Source of the DNA: Minisyncoccota bacterium | GTDB taxonomy: Bacteria; Patescibacteriota; Minisyncoccia; Phycocordibacterales; SBAW01 | Reading direction: 5' to 3' | DNA: 64,000 bases | Assembly (NCBI GenBank): GCA_035548815.1 | Contig: DASZSF010000005.1 | Location: 115,741 to 179,740, forward strand | Program-made: the position numbers and the translations under genes | The notes under the pieces: generated by a model | The model's input: only the letters and a program-made list of their open reading frames with translations | Database searches by the model: none | What the model was told of the DNA's origin: nothing | Shown: positions 27,249 to 38,226 of the stretch, one piece after another | How positions within the stretch are numbered: position 1 is the first letter of the stretch | How the letters are laid out: each line of letters starts with the position of its first letter

Positions 27249-29000
27249 TTATCGTGCAAACAGCGGCCACACCTGGTCCGTCTCTTTGTGCCAGAGCTGC
27301 GCGCTTAAGAATCTATCGCTAGGTGTCTCGACAAGTCCGAGCGTCACTCCGCGTAGGTCGTTAGGTACAATATACACGAAATCCGGTGCATAGAGAAATA
27401 CGGCAGGAATGTCTTTTTTGAGCTCCGTATTGAACTGTGTATAGAGCGTTGCGCGCTTGCCTTGGTCGCTTGTCTGGCGAAGCTGCTCAAGCAGAGTGTC
27501 GGCAGTTGAGTTTGCGTAGCCGGCAATGTTGAGCCCTGGGTCATTGCGCTGGCTTGAGTGCCAGAAGGCGAACAGGTCGAGCTCACGGCCCACAACTTCG
27601 CCAAACAACAGCGCGTCGTATTTGCGCGGGCGGATGATATTCTGTGAGAGGTCGCCTTGATCGTAAATTTGAATAGTAACGTCGGCGCCTACGCGGCCCC
27701 AGATGGTCTTTACGTAGTCAGCGGCAGCGCGGAGTTCCGGTACGTTGCCTGTGGCAAGCGTAAACTCCAAACGTTCCGTCTTTGCTGTTTTGCCAGAGCC
27801 GGTCGTCTTAATCATGATGCCGTCGGGTCCAAGCTTCCATCCTGCTTTTATGAGCTCGTCCTGCGCTTTGGCAATTGCCATATCAATATCGGTGGTCGTG
27901 CTTTCAGCTTGGCGGCCCAAGATGCTTGGAGGGACGGGGCCGTCAAGCGGCGTGCCGAATCCACCCAGTATTTTTTGCACTAAATCGTCGCGGTCTATCG
28001 CATCGTTCAAGGCTCTTCGTACGGCTGTTTCGCGCAAGACTACAGATTGGTTTTGATTAAAGAAGACACCAAATACGCGGTTGAGCGACGAATGTTCAAC
28101 GCGGAATGCTGAAAGGGCCGACAGTGCTGCGGGCGAGATACCGCTCGCAGCTTCGACTGCGCCGCTTTTGAGGGCGCTGATAAGGTCGCTCTCGTTTTGA
28201 TAAAAGCGGAATGTGATGTCATCCATGTACGGTTTGCCGAGCGCGTATCCGTTGAACGCCACAAGTTTGTACGAAGAGGGGACGCCCGACGATGTGCGCT
28301 CTATTGAGGTAACGCGGAAAGGGCCGGAACCCACAGGCGAGACGTTCAACTCGCTGAACGGAAATTCGTCATCGCTGATATTTTGCCAGAGATTTTTCGG
28401 CAAAATACCAAGCGTTGCATTTTCGATAAACGGAGCATATGGACCTTTGAGCACGAATGTCACGGTGTACGGATCAGAAGAGGATACGACGACACCATCC
28501 CAATTAGCACGGACAGGGCTTTTGAGCGCGGCATCTTGGGTCTTTTGAATAGTAAATATGACATCGTCTGCGGTGATGGGCGTACCGTCATGAAAGGTTG
28601 TATCGTGGCGCAGGTGGAAGGTGTAGGTGCGGCCATCGGATGAAATGTCATAACTTTCTGCGATGTCAGGCACATAGGAACCTTCGGGCGTTGCTTTGAG
28701 GAGGCCTGAATAGACCAAGGCAGAAAGGTCGCGGTCTGCGTCAGAAATTGCCAATACCGGATTTATAAAACGAGGTGCGCCAACGATGCCTTCTGCAAGC
28801 GAGCCGCCATGCGCGGGGACATTTACAAGTAGAGACTGGTTAAGCAAAAATACGAGGCCGACGGCGCTTACGACAAGTAGGGATGCAAAAAATATGAACA
28901 AGGCCCGGCCGCTTGCTGAAAACGAACGGTAGGTATCTTCCGCTTTTTGGATGAACGTGAATCGAGAACGACCCTGTTGTGTGTGCCAAAACGCACGCAT
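27249..29000 (-). CDS. ABC transporter substrate-binding protein, family 5 (peptide/nickel)
   Basis: DGRTYTF.LR....FHDG.PITADDV.FT, PVGSGPF. Confidence 0.92.
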   Translation of the reverse strand: MRAFWHTQQGRSRFTFIQKAEDTYRSFSASGRALFIFFASLLVVSAVGLVFLLNQSLLVNVPAHGGSLAEGIVGAPRFINPVLAISDADRDLSALVYSGLLKATPEGSYVPDIAESYDISSDGRTYTFHLRHDTTFHDGTPITADDVIFTIQKTQDAALKSPVRANWDGVVVSSSDPYTVTFVLKGPYAPFIENATLGILPKNLWQNISDDEFPFSELNVSPVGSGPFRVTSIERTSSGVPSSYKLVAFNGYALGKPYMDDITFRFYQNESDLISALKSGAVEAASGISPAALSALSAFRVEHSSLNRVFGVFFNQNQSVVLRETAVRRALNDAIDRDDLVQKILGGFGTPLDGPVPPSILGRQAESTTTDIDMAIAKAQDELIKAGWKLGPDGIMIKTTGSGKTAKTERLEFTLATGNVPELRAAADYVKTIWGRVGADVTIQIYDQGDLSQNIIRPRKYDALLFGEVVGRELDLFAFWHSSQRNDPGLNIAGYANSTADTLLEQLRQTSDQGKRATLYTQFNTELKKDIPAVFLYAPDFVYIVPNDLRGVTLGLVETPSDRFLSAQLWHKETDQVWPLFAR

Positions 29001-29036
29001 AAGTTGTAGGCGCCGGGAGGCGCGAATAAGCTCTAG

Positions 29037-29267
29037 TTAGTGTATGACGAGCGCGAGGAGTGCGCACAGTGCGAAGAGCACCGCGATTACAATAGACGTC
29101 CAGAAGAGATATTTCTCCATGCCGCGGCGCGTATGATATGCCGCACTGAAGTTGTCTCCGCCAAACGCGCCGCCCAAGGACGCACCTGTCTGCTGGAGCA
29201 GGATACATATAATGAGGGCGACCGAAAGCACTATCTGTATGTAGGGCAACACGCCCGCTATCGTCAT
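29037..29267 (-). CDS. secG: Preprotein translocase subunit SecG
   Basis: ILLQQTGASLGGAFGG....HTRRG.EK, two TMs. Confidence 0.9.
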   Translation of the reverse strand: MTIAGVLPYIQIVLSVALIICILLQQTGASLGGAFGGDNFSAAYHTRRGMEKYLFWTSIVIAVLFALCALLALVIH

Positions 29268-29352
29268 TACCAATAACGCTACCATAGAGAAAGGTGGCCT
29301 GCAATAGCGGCGTTCTTGATTTCCAAGCCTTTTGTAGTAGAGTATTTCCACT

Positions 29353-29739
29353 ATGGCAAAAGCTAAAAACAAGAAAAAAGCCCGTTCGACAAGCTCAGGG
29401 CAAGCAGCAAAAAAGAAGGTTAAGGCTCCTGCAAAAGCGTCTGTAAAAAAGAGCGCGTTGGGAACCCCCTATGGCAACCGCGTGCTGGTGAAGCCTGCAA
29501 AAGTTGAGCAGACGACATCATTCGGTCTTATCTTGCCTGACTCGGGCAAGCTCACTCCAGAGACTGGTGTTGTTGTGGCAGTTGGAAACGGCCGACGCAC
29601 GAGCGACGGAAACCTCACTCCTATTGATGTGAACGTTGGCGACACTATTATGTTCAATAAGTACGGCTACGACGAAGTAAAGATCAACGGGGAAGAATAC
29701 TTCCTGATAAGCGAAGACAGTGTCACCTACATATTTTAG
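29353..29739 (+). CDS. groES: Co-chaperonin GroES with basic N-terminal extension
   Basis: P.GNRVLVK, G.VVAVG.G, V.VGD; upstream of groEL. Confidence 0.93.
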   Translation: MAKAKNKKKARSTSSGQAAKKKVKAPAKASVKKSALGTPYGNRVLVKPAKVEQTTSFGLILPDSGKLTPETGVVVAVGNGRRTSDGNLTPIDVNVGDTIMFNKYGYDEVKINGEEYFLISEDSVTYIF

Positions 29740-29753
29740 TTCGCCCGAATTAA

Positions 29754-31421
<1,668 letters not shown>

Positions 31422-31475
31422 CATTCCTTATATATAGAAAAGAAGAAGGCTCGCGATGGACTCGCGGGCCTTTTG

Positions 31476-31988
31476 CTACGACTGCACGTAGCGGAGTGCG
31501 GGGAAGAACGGTTTCATGTCGACCCAGGTGAAGAGGCCGCATGTCAGAAAACGCCGCAGTGTCTTCCCGATGCTAGGAAAGCCTTTGGCGTTGACGCTGT
31601 CGGCTATGAACCAACAAATGCTGACGCCTTCCTTGTGCTGCTCCCACAACGGGCGCAGGTAGCGATGATCAGCGCCAACCATCACTATCCGGCCAACCTT
31701 TGACCGATCCACGGCGTCAATTCTCCTGCATAAATGATGATCATCCTCTTCGCTCAAGGTCCCGGAAGGGATAACCTCAAACCCCTTCTTTCTAAATGCT
31801 TCGCCAATCGGGTTATCGGCCAAATGTGGAAGCATAGTTATGACCGGCGGCAATAGGCGTTTTGACTGAGTTTTGGTATGCAAAAGCGTATAGAGGACGG
31901 CTGCGTCGATTTGGGTTATGCCGTGTTGGGCTGCACATTTGTGCAGAGACGCGCCATCAATGAGCGCGAGGGTTTTACGATCGTCCAT
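31476..31988 (-). CDS. NYN/LabA-DUF88 (PIN-like) domain protein, degenerate
   Basis: ALIDGASL...EDD...IVMVGAD..Y..L; GGGGAG SD 7 nt before ATG. Confidence 0.6.
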   Translation of the reverse strand: MDDRKTLALIDGASLHKCAAQHGITQIDAAVLYTLLHTKTQSKRLLPPVITMLPHLADNPIGEAFRKKGFEVIPSGTLSEEDDHHLCRRIDAVDRSKVGRIVMVGADHRYLRPLWEQHKEGVSICWFIADSVNAKGFPSIGKTLRRFLTCGLFTWVDMKPFFPALRYVQS

Positions 31989-32141
31989 AGTCTTGCTCCC
32001 CATTACTGTTGAGGAATTTCAACTTTCTAGACGCTCTTACTCAACGTACTACGCACCTGCGGCAACCATACTCCTTCATGAAGATAGGATTTATTTGAAA
32101 TGTGGATAAGTTGAAGTAGATGAGGTAACTTGGTACGTATT

Positions 32142-32229
32142 GGAGGCGTCGCATAGTGGTCTAGTGCACACGCTTGGAAAGCGTGCAACCCGCAAGGGTT
32201 CGAGAGTTCGAATCTCTCCGCCTCCGCCA
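32142..32229 (+). tRNA. tRNA-Ser(GGA)
   Basis: GGAGGCG/CGCCTCC acceptor, CACGC-TTGGAAA-GCGTG anticodon arm, long variable arm, GTTCGAATC, CCA. Confidence 0.97.
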
Positions 32230-32328
32230 GAAGGTTTTAGTATCGGAGGTATGCGAGAGCATACCTCTTTAGAGTACTGCGAAGGCTTACCATTGAACTT
32301 CTAATGTCTTCCACACTATAATCACGGC

Positions 32329-33297
32329 GTGGCTAAGAAGAATAAAAAGAAAAACAAAGGGCCGCGCGACCAGCATTTTGTCCCGCGTTGTTATCTATCT
32401 GAATTCACCGATCCCAACACCCCTTTAGGCCAAGAGCCTTACGTGTGGGTGTTCGACAAGGACGGCAAGAATCCGCGTAAGCGGGCTCCTAAAAACGTAT
32501 TTACCGAGACCCATTTATATACCTTCGAGTTCAATGGTGAAAAGGATTTCTCCATGGAACAAAGTCTCTCTACTATCGAGGCCAAGTACGCATATATCTT
32601 TAGGCATAAAATCAAACAAAAGAAGCCTCTGACCGAAACGGAACACGCCTACCTATGTGCGTTCGTCGCGGCTCAGATGGTCCGTACGCCGCGCTTTAAG
32701 GAGAACCAAGAGAACTTCATCCAGCAGCTCATCGACCATGGCACTCAGATGGCGCTCGCGCACGGCGTAACCAATTCGCCGCAGGTGCGCCAGTGGCGGG
32801 AGTACAAAAAGGACGCACACAAGATCCAAATGGTGGATAGCATCCCGTACATCGCGAACATACTGCTGCAAATGAGCGTGGCATTTCTCTGCATCAAAGG
32901 TCCGAGCAAACACTGGTTCATTACTTCGGACGACCCTTGCGTATTTTTCAATCCGGATCTTCAATGGCAGCGGTTTTATGGCCCCGGCTTCGGTCAACAA
33001 AACGTGCAGCTCACACTCGCACTCAGTCCGGAGGTAACAGTGATGTTTACGTGGGCGAACTTTCGCGGCTACTCGTATGTGAGCGGCGGCAACGTCGAGA
33101 GTATGCTCAACCGTATGACACGCTTTCACTCAAACAAAGAATTTATATCTCCATACCCCAAGAAAAAGTGGGTCTGGTTTAGTCGCGTGCCGCTCGACCC
33201 GTTCTTCCTCTGGAAGGTAGTGAAGAATGAGACGAAAATACGGCTTCACAAGCTCCGCAACCGATGGCGCTACCGCAAAATGTATGCCAAACGATAA
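32329..33297 (+). CDS. DUF4238-family protein
   Basis: QHFVPRCYL..F, E..LS.IE, FITSDDP. Confidence 0.8.
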   Translation: MAKKNKKKNKGPRDQHFVPRCYLSEFTDPNTPLGQEPYVWVFDKDGKNPRKRAPKNVFTETHLYTFEFNGEKDFSMEQSLSTIEAKYAYIFRHKIKQKKPLTETEHAYLCAFVAAQMVRTPRFKENQENFIQQLIDHGTQMALAHGVTNSPQVRQWREYKKDAHKIQMVDSIPYIANILLQMSVAFLCIKGPSKHWFITSDDPCVFFNPDLQWQRFYGPGFGQQNVQLTLALSPEVTVMFTWANFRGYSYVSGGNVESMLNRMTRFHSNKEFISPYPKKKWVWFSRVPLDPFFLWKVVKNETKIRLHKLRNRWRYRKMYAKR

Positions 33298-34171
33298 CAT
33301 CGAACAAAATATAAAAGATATTGTCGAGTCTGGCGCGACCCCAGATGAGAAGATCTCCTCGCTTAACGACCTGATTGCGGGACTCAGCTTTGTGCATCAG
33401 GTCGCAGAAGCTCGACGTGTCGCGGAAGCAGGTGCGCTTATTGCTGCAAAGGCTGGTAAGACGGAAATGGCAGCACAATTTTGCTTTATGCGTGCAAAGG
33501 CGGAGATTGCAGAAGCAGGCAAATTCATCGGCGAGATGAAAAACATTACTATGGCGATCAACTGGTTCGAGTTCGGGCTTGAGGCAGAGAAAAAACGATT
33601 TAAAGAACTTGATGCAAAACTGCAAACCAACTGGGGCATCACTCAAAAGGTTATGAATATGGGGTATGATTTTATCAATAAAAAACCCTACATTGGCGCT
33701 GGTGCTTATTGCCAGCGAACCGCCGGACAGATATATGGCACTTATTACCTCCAGCTAAAGCTACACTATTTCACAACCGGTCATCCGTGGCGCGCGCGTT
33801 TCGGGAATTATGCGCTGTCTCGTTGGGTCGGCATAGATGACTTGTTCATTCTCAGTAAGAAATCTCGCGCTCACCTGCGAAGTGTTAAACGAGACTGTCT
33901 CAAGTCTCTCCATCAAGCAAAGCGTCTGTTTAAACAAATAAAAGCATATGATTACCTTGTTGAGACATACTTTGACCTCGCGCTGGAACACCATTCATTC
34001 AATGACTCTCTCCGCAGTAAGTTTTATCTCTGGTGGGGATGGTTGTTAATGAAATGGCACCGACTTCAGGAGCCACGCCTCGCAGAAAGCTTCGCGTCAC
34101 TTCGCGAATTGCCACTCATCGGAAGCAATCGTGACGGCAGACCTATGGATGAGCTGCAACCGCAGCTGTAA
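33284..34171 (+). CDS. Hypothetical alpha-helical (TPR-like) protein
   Basis: Overlaps end of DUF4238 gene; helical pattern only. Confidence 0.6.
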   Translation: MPNDNIEQNIKDIVESGATPDEKISSLNDLIAGLSFVHQVAEARRVAEAGALIAAKAGKTEMAAQFCFMRAKAEIAEAGKFIGEMKNITMAINWFEFGLEAEKKRFKELDAKLQTNWGITQKVMNMGYDFINKKPYIGAGAYCQRTAGQIYGTYYLQLKLHYFTTGHPWRARFGNYALSRWVGIDDLFILSKKSRAHLRSVKRDCLKSLHQAKRLFKQIKAYDYLVETYFDLALEHHSFNDSLRSKFYLWWGWLLMKWHRLQEPRLAESFASLRELPLIGSNRDGRPMDELQPQL

Positions 34172-34175
34172 TCTT

Positions 34176-35507
34176 CTAATTGTCTTGGTCTATCGTCACA
34201 ATTCCTTTTGTGATTTTGAGCTTTGATTTGAAACATCCCATCAACTCGCGCTTCTCCTGGTCCGTCCCTTCCTTCAGCGTGTACTTCGCATAGGTTTTGA
34301 GATCTACTTCGTCGTGCGTTTTTGAGGCGCTGGACATACCCAACACTGCTCGTTGGAATTTGTTAAAGCGCTTTAGCTCTTCCTCAAACTTGTGCTGAAT
34401 GCCGATGCCATTGAGGTCGATTTGGTCGAGTGCTTTTATCATCTGGTCGATTAGTTCCTCCTCGCGCAGGTAGGTATTCTTGCAGTGCAGATTACGCGCT
34501 CGCCCGCAGCCGTAATAGATATACTTTCGCATCGTACCGTCTTTGAGCTGTTTGTACTTTTCCTCCGCGCTGAACATTGATCCGCACAGTCCGCAGGTGA
34601 CGAGCTTGGTAAACGCGAACTCGTGGCTTTGGCGCACAATGCTATCGCGCTTGAGTTGGGCCTGCACCGCATCAAAGAGTTCTTTGGTGATGAGCGGCTC
34701 GTGCTTGCCCTGATACCAATTGCCGGAGTTTTTCGGGTACTCGAACGTGCCGTAATAGAAATGATTGGTGAGCGTGCGATATACGTTGCCGCAGGTAAGC
34801 GGCTTGTTGCCGGTTGTATGAAAGTTTAAGTCGAACCTAAGCCAGTGGTAGACGCGACGGCCCGACCACTTTTCGTAAGCAACCTTCTCAAACATTTTCT
34901 TGATAACTGGTCCTCGCTCCGGATCGACAATCACCTGACATTTTTTGTCCATCATTTTTTGTGTCAGATATCCAGTGGGCGGCGTAGTTGGCCACAAGCC
35001 CATTTCGACCCTCGTTCGCAAACCGCGCTTAACATTGATTCCACGATTATCGTTTTCGAGCTTCGCTTGTGACCCGAGAATCATCAACAGGAACTTCTCG
35101 TTCGGGTTATTGCGGAAGCTCTGGCTGTATGTCCGAATTTCCTGCAAGCCTCCGGAGTCCATCAAATCCACGACCTTGCCGAGGTCGCCTGCGTTGCGCG
35201 AAATTCTATCAGCTGCCCATGTCAAAATTCCGTTGTATTTGCCAGCTTTGATCTCCTCGATAACTTCATTGAAGACTGGTCGCTGACCCGTCTCTTTTGC
35301 AGAGTGCGATTCGCGCTTCATCGCGACCACCTCTAGGCCTTCTCGCTCGGAGAGCTGTAGCATTTCCTTTATCTGCGAATCAATCGAAAGCACCTGTCGC
35401 TCTTCCGATTCGGTGCTCTTTCTCGCATAGAGGCAATACCTCACTTTTACCGCCTCTGGTACGACCTGTTTGCCAATAATACCCACGGCCCTTGTTGTAG
35501 TTTCCAT
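34176..35507 (-). CDS. Large serine recombinase with Zn-ribbon
   Basis: YARKST, S...Q, SAK...RP.F, DRISRN, recombinase domain, CxxC...YYGC. Confidence 0.95.
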   Translation of the reverse strand: METTTRAVGIIGKQVVPEAVKVRYCLYARKSTESEERQVLSIDSQIKEMLQLSEREGLEVVAMKRESHSAKETGQRPVFNEVIEEIKAGKYNGILTWAADRISRNAGDLGKVVDLMDSGGLQEIRTYSQSFRNNPNEKFLLMILGSQAKLENDNRGINVKRGLRTRVEMGLWPTTPPTGYLTQKMMDKKCQVIVDPERGPVIKKMFEKVAYEKWSGRRVYHWLRFDLNFHTTGNKPLTCGNVYRTLTNHFYYGTFEYPKNSGNWYQGKHEPLITKELFDAVQAQLKRDSIVRQSHEFAFTKLVTCGLCGSMFSAEEKYKQLKDGTMRKYIYYGCGRARNLHCKNTYLREEELIDQMIKALDQIDLNGIGIQHKFEEELKRFNKFQRAVLGMSSASKTHDEVDLKTYAKYTLKEGTDQEKRELMGCFKSKLKITKGIVTIDQDN

Positions 35508-35595
35508 ACCCCAAGGGATGACGCTGACGCCTATGGGAGTCAAGAGCGTCCCCAGAACCTAGCTGTTGGTAACTTAAACAAGCTGGAGCCTATAT

Positions 35596-36123
35596 TTAAA
35601 GATTCTTCAATATAAAATCTGCCCGCTCTTCCGGCGGCAGTACAGGCACGTGTACAACCGGTGATGGCAGTGATTCATAAACTTCAGTAATGAAGTCGTG
35701 GATTTGCTTCTGTGCGGCCGCGTCTTCGGTGCGGGCGTAGTCATTCACTAGCGGCAATGGATCTAAAATGAAAACCTTTTTATATGATGCCTTCCTCATC
35801 GCCAACAGGATTTTGCCGTCTTCGGGGAGATTAGTAAATCGATAATATGCTAAAGCGTCAGGGATTGCCCGATCAAGAAAAACGACTTCGTTCGGTGAAA
35901 GTTCCCGCTCTTGTGCGATCTGCATACCAAGCACACCTTGCTGAAAAGCCAGCTGGTTTTGCCTAATCTCTTCTACAGTTTTACCCGTGATTCGTTGTGT
36001 ATCAATAAAATGCCGTGCATGCTCAATCGTGGTCTTGTAGCCACGTTCTTTGAGAAGGTTTACCGTAGTTGTCTTACCGGAGCCCGGGCCTCCAGTTATT
36101 ACGTACCAGTTCGTTGCGTCCAT
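35596..36123 (-). CDS. P-loop ATPase (AAA_28/NadR-like)
   Basis: VITGGPGSGKTT, FLDRAIPDALAY. Confidence 0.85.
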   Translation of the reverse strand: MDATNWYVITGGPGSGKTTTVNLLKERGYKTTIEHARHFIDTQRITGKTVEEIRQNQLAFQQGVLGMQIAQERELSPNEVVFLDRAIPDALAYYRFTNLPEDGKILLAMRKASYKKVFILDPLPLVNDYARTEDAAAQKQIHDFITEVYESLPSPVVHVPVLPPEERADFILKNL

Positions 36124-36392
36124 TAGCCGATTTTATGTGATCCACTCCAGTTATAGCAATGCGCGAAGCAATATCCCAATACAAAACCAAAAATGACACT
36201 GGCAATAATGCCTTCAACCCACGCCTGTACTGAACCAAGAGGGGCGGCCGTGAACAGAGCGAGCCACATATGTGTGAACTGTGCCCCAGGCAAAATAATC
36301 TGTGCAATGGCACATAGTACGAACGCGACAACCAAGGTGCCAGCGAGTGCGATACCAGTCCGAACCGTCGACAATCGAGTAATGTTTTCCAT
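36123..36392 (-). CDS. Small membrane protein (DUF5676-like)
   Basis: Two TMs, F.LC..., H.WL..., G.....YN. Confidence 0.6.
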   Translation of the reverse strand: MENITRLSTVRTGIALAGTLVVAFVLCAIAQIILPGAQFTHMWLALFTAAPLGSVQAWVEGIIASVIFGFVLGYCFAHCYNWSGSHKIG

Positions 36393-36424
36393 AAAATTTA
36401 TTAATTTCTAAATAATGTCGGCAA

Positions 36425-36553
36425 CTACTTCTTAGAAATCTGCTGCCAGAGCCAGATTCCCACTAGCACTAGATCAACGAGGACAACAATCCACGTGAGT
36501 AGGCCGAAGACACCTGCGCCGCCCATCATCCCCTCATATCCATAACCCATCAT
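36425..36553 (-). CDS. 42-aa Met/Gly-rich single-TM protein
   Basis: MMGYGYEGMMGG...VDLVLVGIWLWQQISKK; below ORF-track cutoff; AT-rich leader. Confidence 0.65.
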   Translation of the reverse strand: MMGYGYEGMMGGAGVFGLLTWIVVLVDLVLVGIWLWQQISKK

Positions 36554-36615
36554 AATATGTAATTGTTATTTTTTTAATAATCTCGACCTAAGCACATGGT
36601 ACCGCTGACGGCCAC

Positions 36616-36644
36616 TTTACACAAATACCCCATGGGGGTATCAT
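36616..36644 (+). promoter_or_regulatory. Promoter with CsoR operator
   Basis: TTTACA-N17-TATCAT containing ATACCCC-atg-GGGGTAT. Confidence 0.85.
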
Positions 36645-36650
36645 AAGGTC

Positions 36651-36923
36651 ATGAAAGTAGACGCGAAAAGAAAGGTACTCCGTCGCCTCAGTCTAATCCG
36701 GGGCCAACTCAACGGCCTTATCAAAATGGTAGATGCTGAACGCTACTGCGTCGACATCATTACGCAATCGAGCGCGATTAAGGAGGCACTTTCAGGAGTG
36801 GAAGACGTCATGCTCGAAAACCATCTCACGACGCACGTTATAGACCAGATCAAATCAGGGAGGAGTAAGAAGGCGGTCGAAGAGATATTGAAAGTTTATA
36901 AGTTAGCACAAAAGAAAAAGTGA
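36651..36923 (+). CDS. csoR: CsoR-family copper-sensing repressor
   Basis: RL..IRGQL.G...M....YC.DI..Q, ENHL..H. Confidence 0.85.
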   Translation: MKVDAKRKVLRRLSLIRGQLNGLIKMVDAERYCVDIITQSSAIKEALSGVEDVMLENHLTTHVIDQIKSGRSKKAVEEILKVYKLAQKKK

Positions 36924-36924
36924 T

Positions 36925-37131
36925 ATGAAAAATACCACCGTGCGTTGGGTAATTATTGGTCTACTTATAGTCGCAGGAGTTTATCTCGCTGTTGACCACG
37001 GTCAGCATATTGCGCCCTATTTGCCATTTGCTTTTTTGTCAGGCTGCCTTTTTATGCACCTGTTCGGCCACGGAGCACATGGTCATCATGGGAACCATGG
37101 CGGGCATGAGCATGAAGACGCAAAACAATGA
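36925..37131 (+). CDS. DUF2933-like His-rich membrane protein
   Basis: H..H...YLP.....C.FMHLF.HG.HGHHG. Confidence 0.75.
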   Translation: MKNTTVRWVIIGLLIVAGVYLAVDHGQHIAPYLPFAFLSGCLFMHLFGHGAHGHHGNHGGHEHEDAKQ

Positions 37132-37967
37132 AAAATATTTTAATCACCAAAGCATCTGGCGAACGTGAGGCATTTTCGGAGTCGAAATTGCGCCGCTCTC
37201 TACAGCGCGTGCACGCACCTTCAAATCTTGTAGACGAAATCGTCGCCCAGATCGAGACTGAATTGAGCGAAGGTATGAATACGTCGGAGATATATCGGAA
37301 AGCGTTTTCTCTGCTCAGGAAAAAAGCGAGACCTGTCGCGGCACGCTACAGTCTTAGAAGCGCACTAATGGAATTGGGACCGACCGGCAGGCCATTCGAG
37401 CGCTTTGTGGGTGAGCTTTTGAAGTCGGAGGGATTTGCCGTAGAAGTAGCGAAGATTGTGCCAGGAGTCTGCATCAAGCATGAAGTTGATGTCGTCGGCA
37501 CCAAAGGAGATCGACATATTATGGTGGAATGCAAATTTCATAATCAACCCGGATTGCGATCGGACGTAAAAATATCGCTCTATGTACAGGCTCGATTTGA
37601 GGATATCGAGCGCCAATGGAAGAAACAACTGCATCACGGAGAGAAATTCCACGAAGTATGGCTTGTCACTAATACGAAACTTACTTCTGATGCCACTGAT
37701 TATGCGAAATGCGTCGGGATGCATGCTATTGGCTGGAATTATCCTGCCACTGGCAGCTTGGAAGAGCTAATTGAGCAGCATAATCTCCATCCTTTGACAT
37801 GTCTAACGCGTCTGAATCGTTTACAGAAACAAGAACTTTTAAAACAAGGGCTCATTCTTTGCACTGATCTCCTAGAGGAACGAGACACTTTGCAGAAAAT
37901 TGTTGGAACTTCCGTGCGTGTAGATGAAATAGTGCAAGAGGTAAAGAAGCTACTAAAAATCGTATGA
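37128..37967 (+). CDS. ATP-cone + PD-(D/E)xK (Mrr-like) nuclease-fold protein
   Basis: ITKASGERE.F...KL..SL; PFE..V, HEVDV...VECKFH. Confidence 0.8.
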   Translation: MKNILITKASGEREAFSESKLRRSLQRVHAPSNLVDEIVAQIETELSEGMNTSEIYRKAFSLLRKKARPVAARYSLRSALMELGPTGRPFERFVGELLKSEGFAVEVAKIVPGVCIKHEVDVVGTKGDRHIMVECKFHNQPGLRSDVKISLYVQARFEDIERQWKKQLHHGEKFHEVWLVTNTKLTSDATDYAKCVGMHAIGWNYPATGSLEELIEQHNLHPLTCLTRLNRLQKQELLKQGLILCTDLLEERDTLQKIVGTSVRVDEIVQEVKKLLKIV

Positions 37968-38215
37968 AAGAATTAGAACGCCGATCCTTCAATAATTTCA
38001 TGCAGGCGGGGCTCGTTGGATTTACGATGCTCGGCTTCTTACTTACGTCGCTTAAGATGCCCCAATATGGCGTCGTTGCGAATTTAATCTCAGAAGTCTT
38101 CTGGCTATACAGCACGTACAAGGCGTGGAAAGAAGCAAATCAGGTTGGCATGTTTATAAACACCCTGATTGTGACGGCAATCCTCATTTTTGGAGTTATC
38201 AACTATTGGCTCTAG
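37964..38215 (+). CDS. Small membrane protein
   Basis: Three hydrophobic segments; overlaps upstream gene. Confidence 0.6.
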   Translation: MKELERRSFNNFMQAGLVGFTMLGFLLTSLKMPQYGVVANLISEVFWLYSTYKAWKEANQVGMFINTLIVTAILIFGVINYWL

Positions 38216-38226
38216 CAATATAAATT

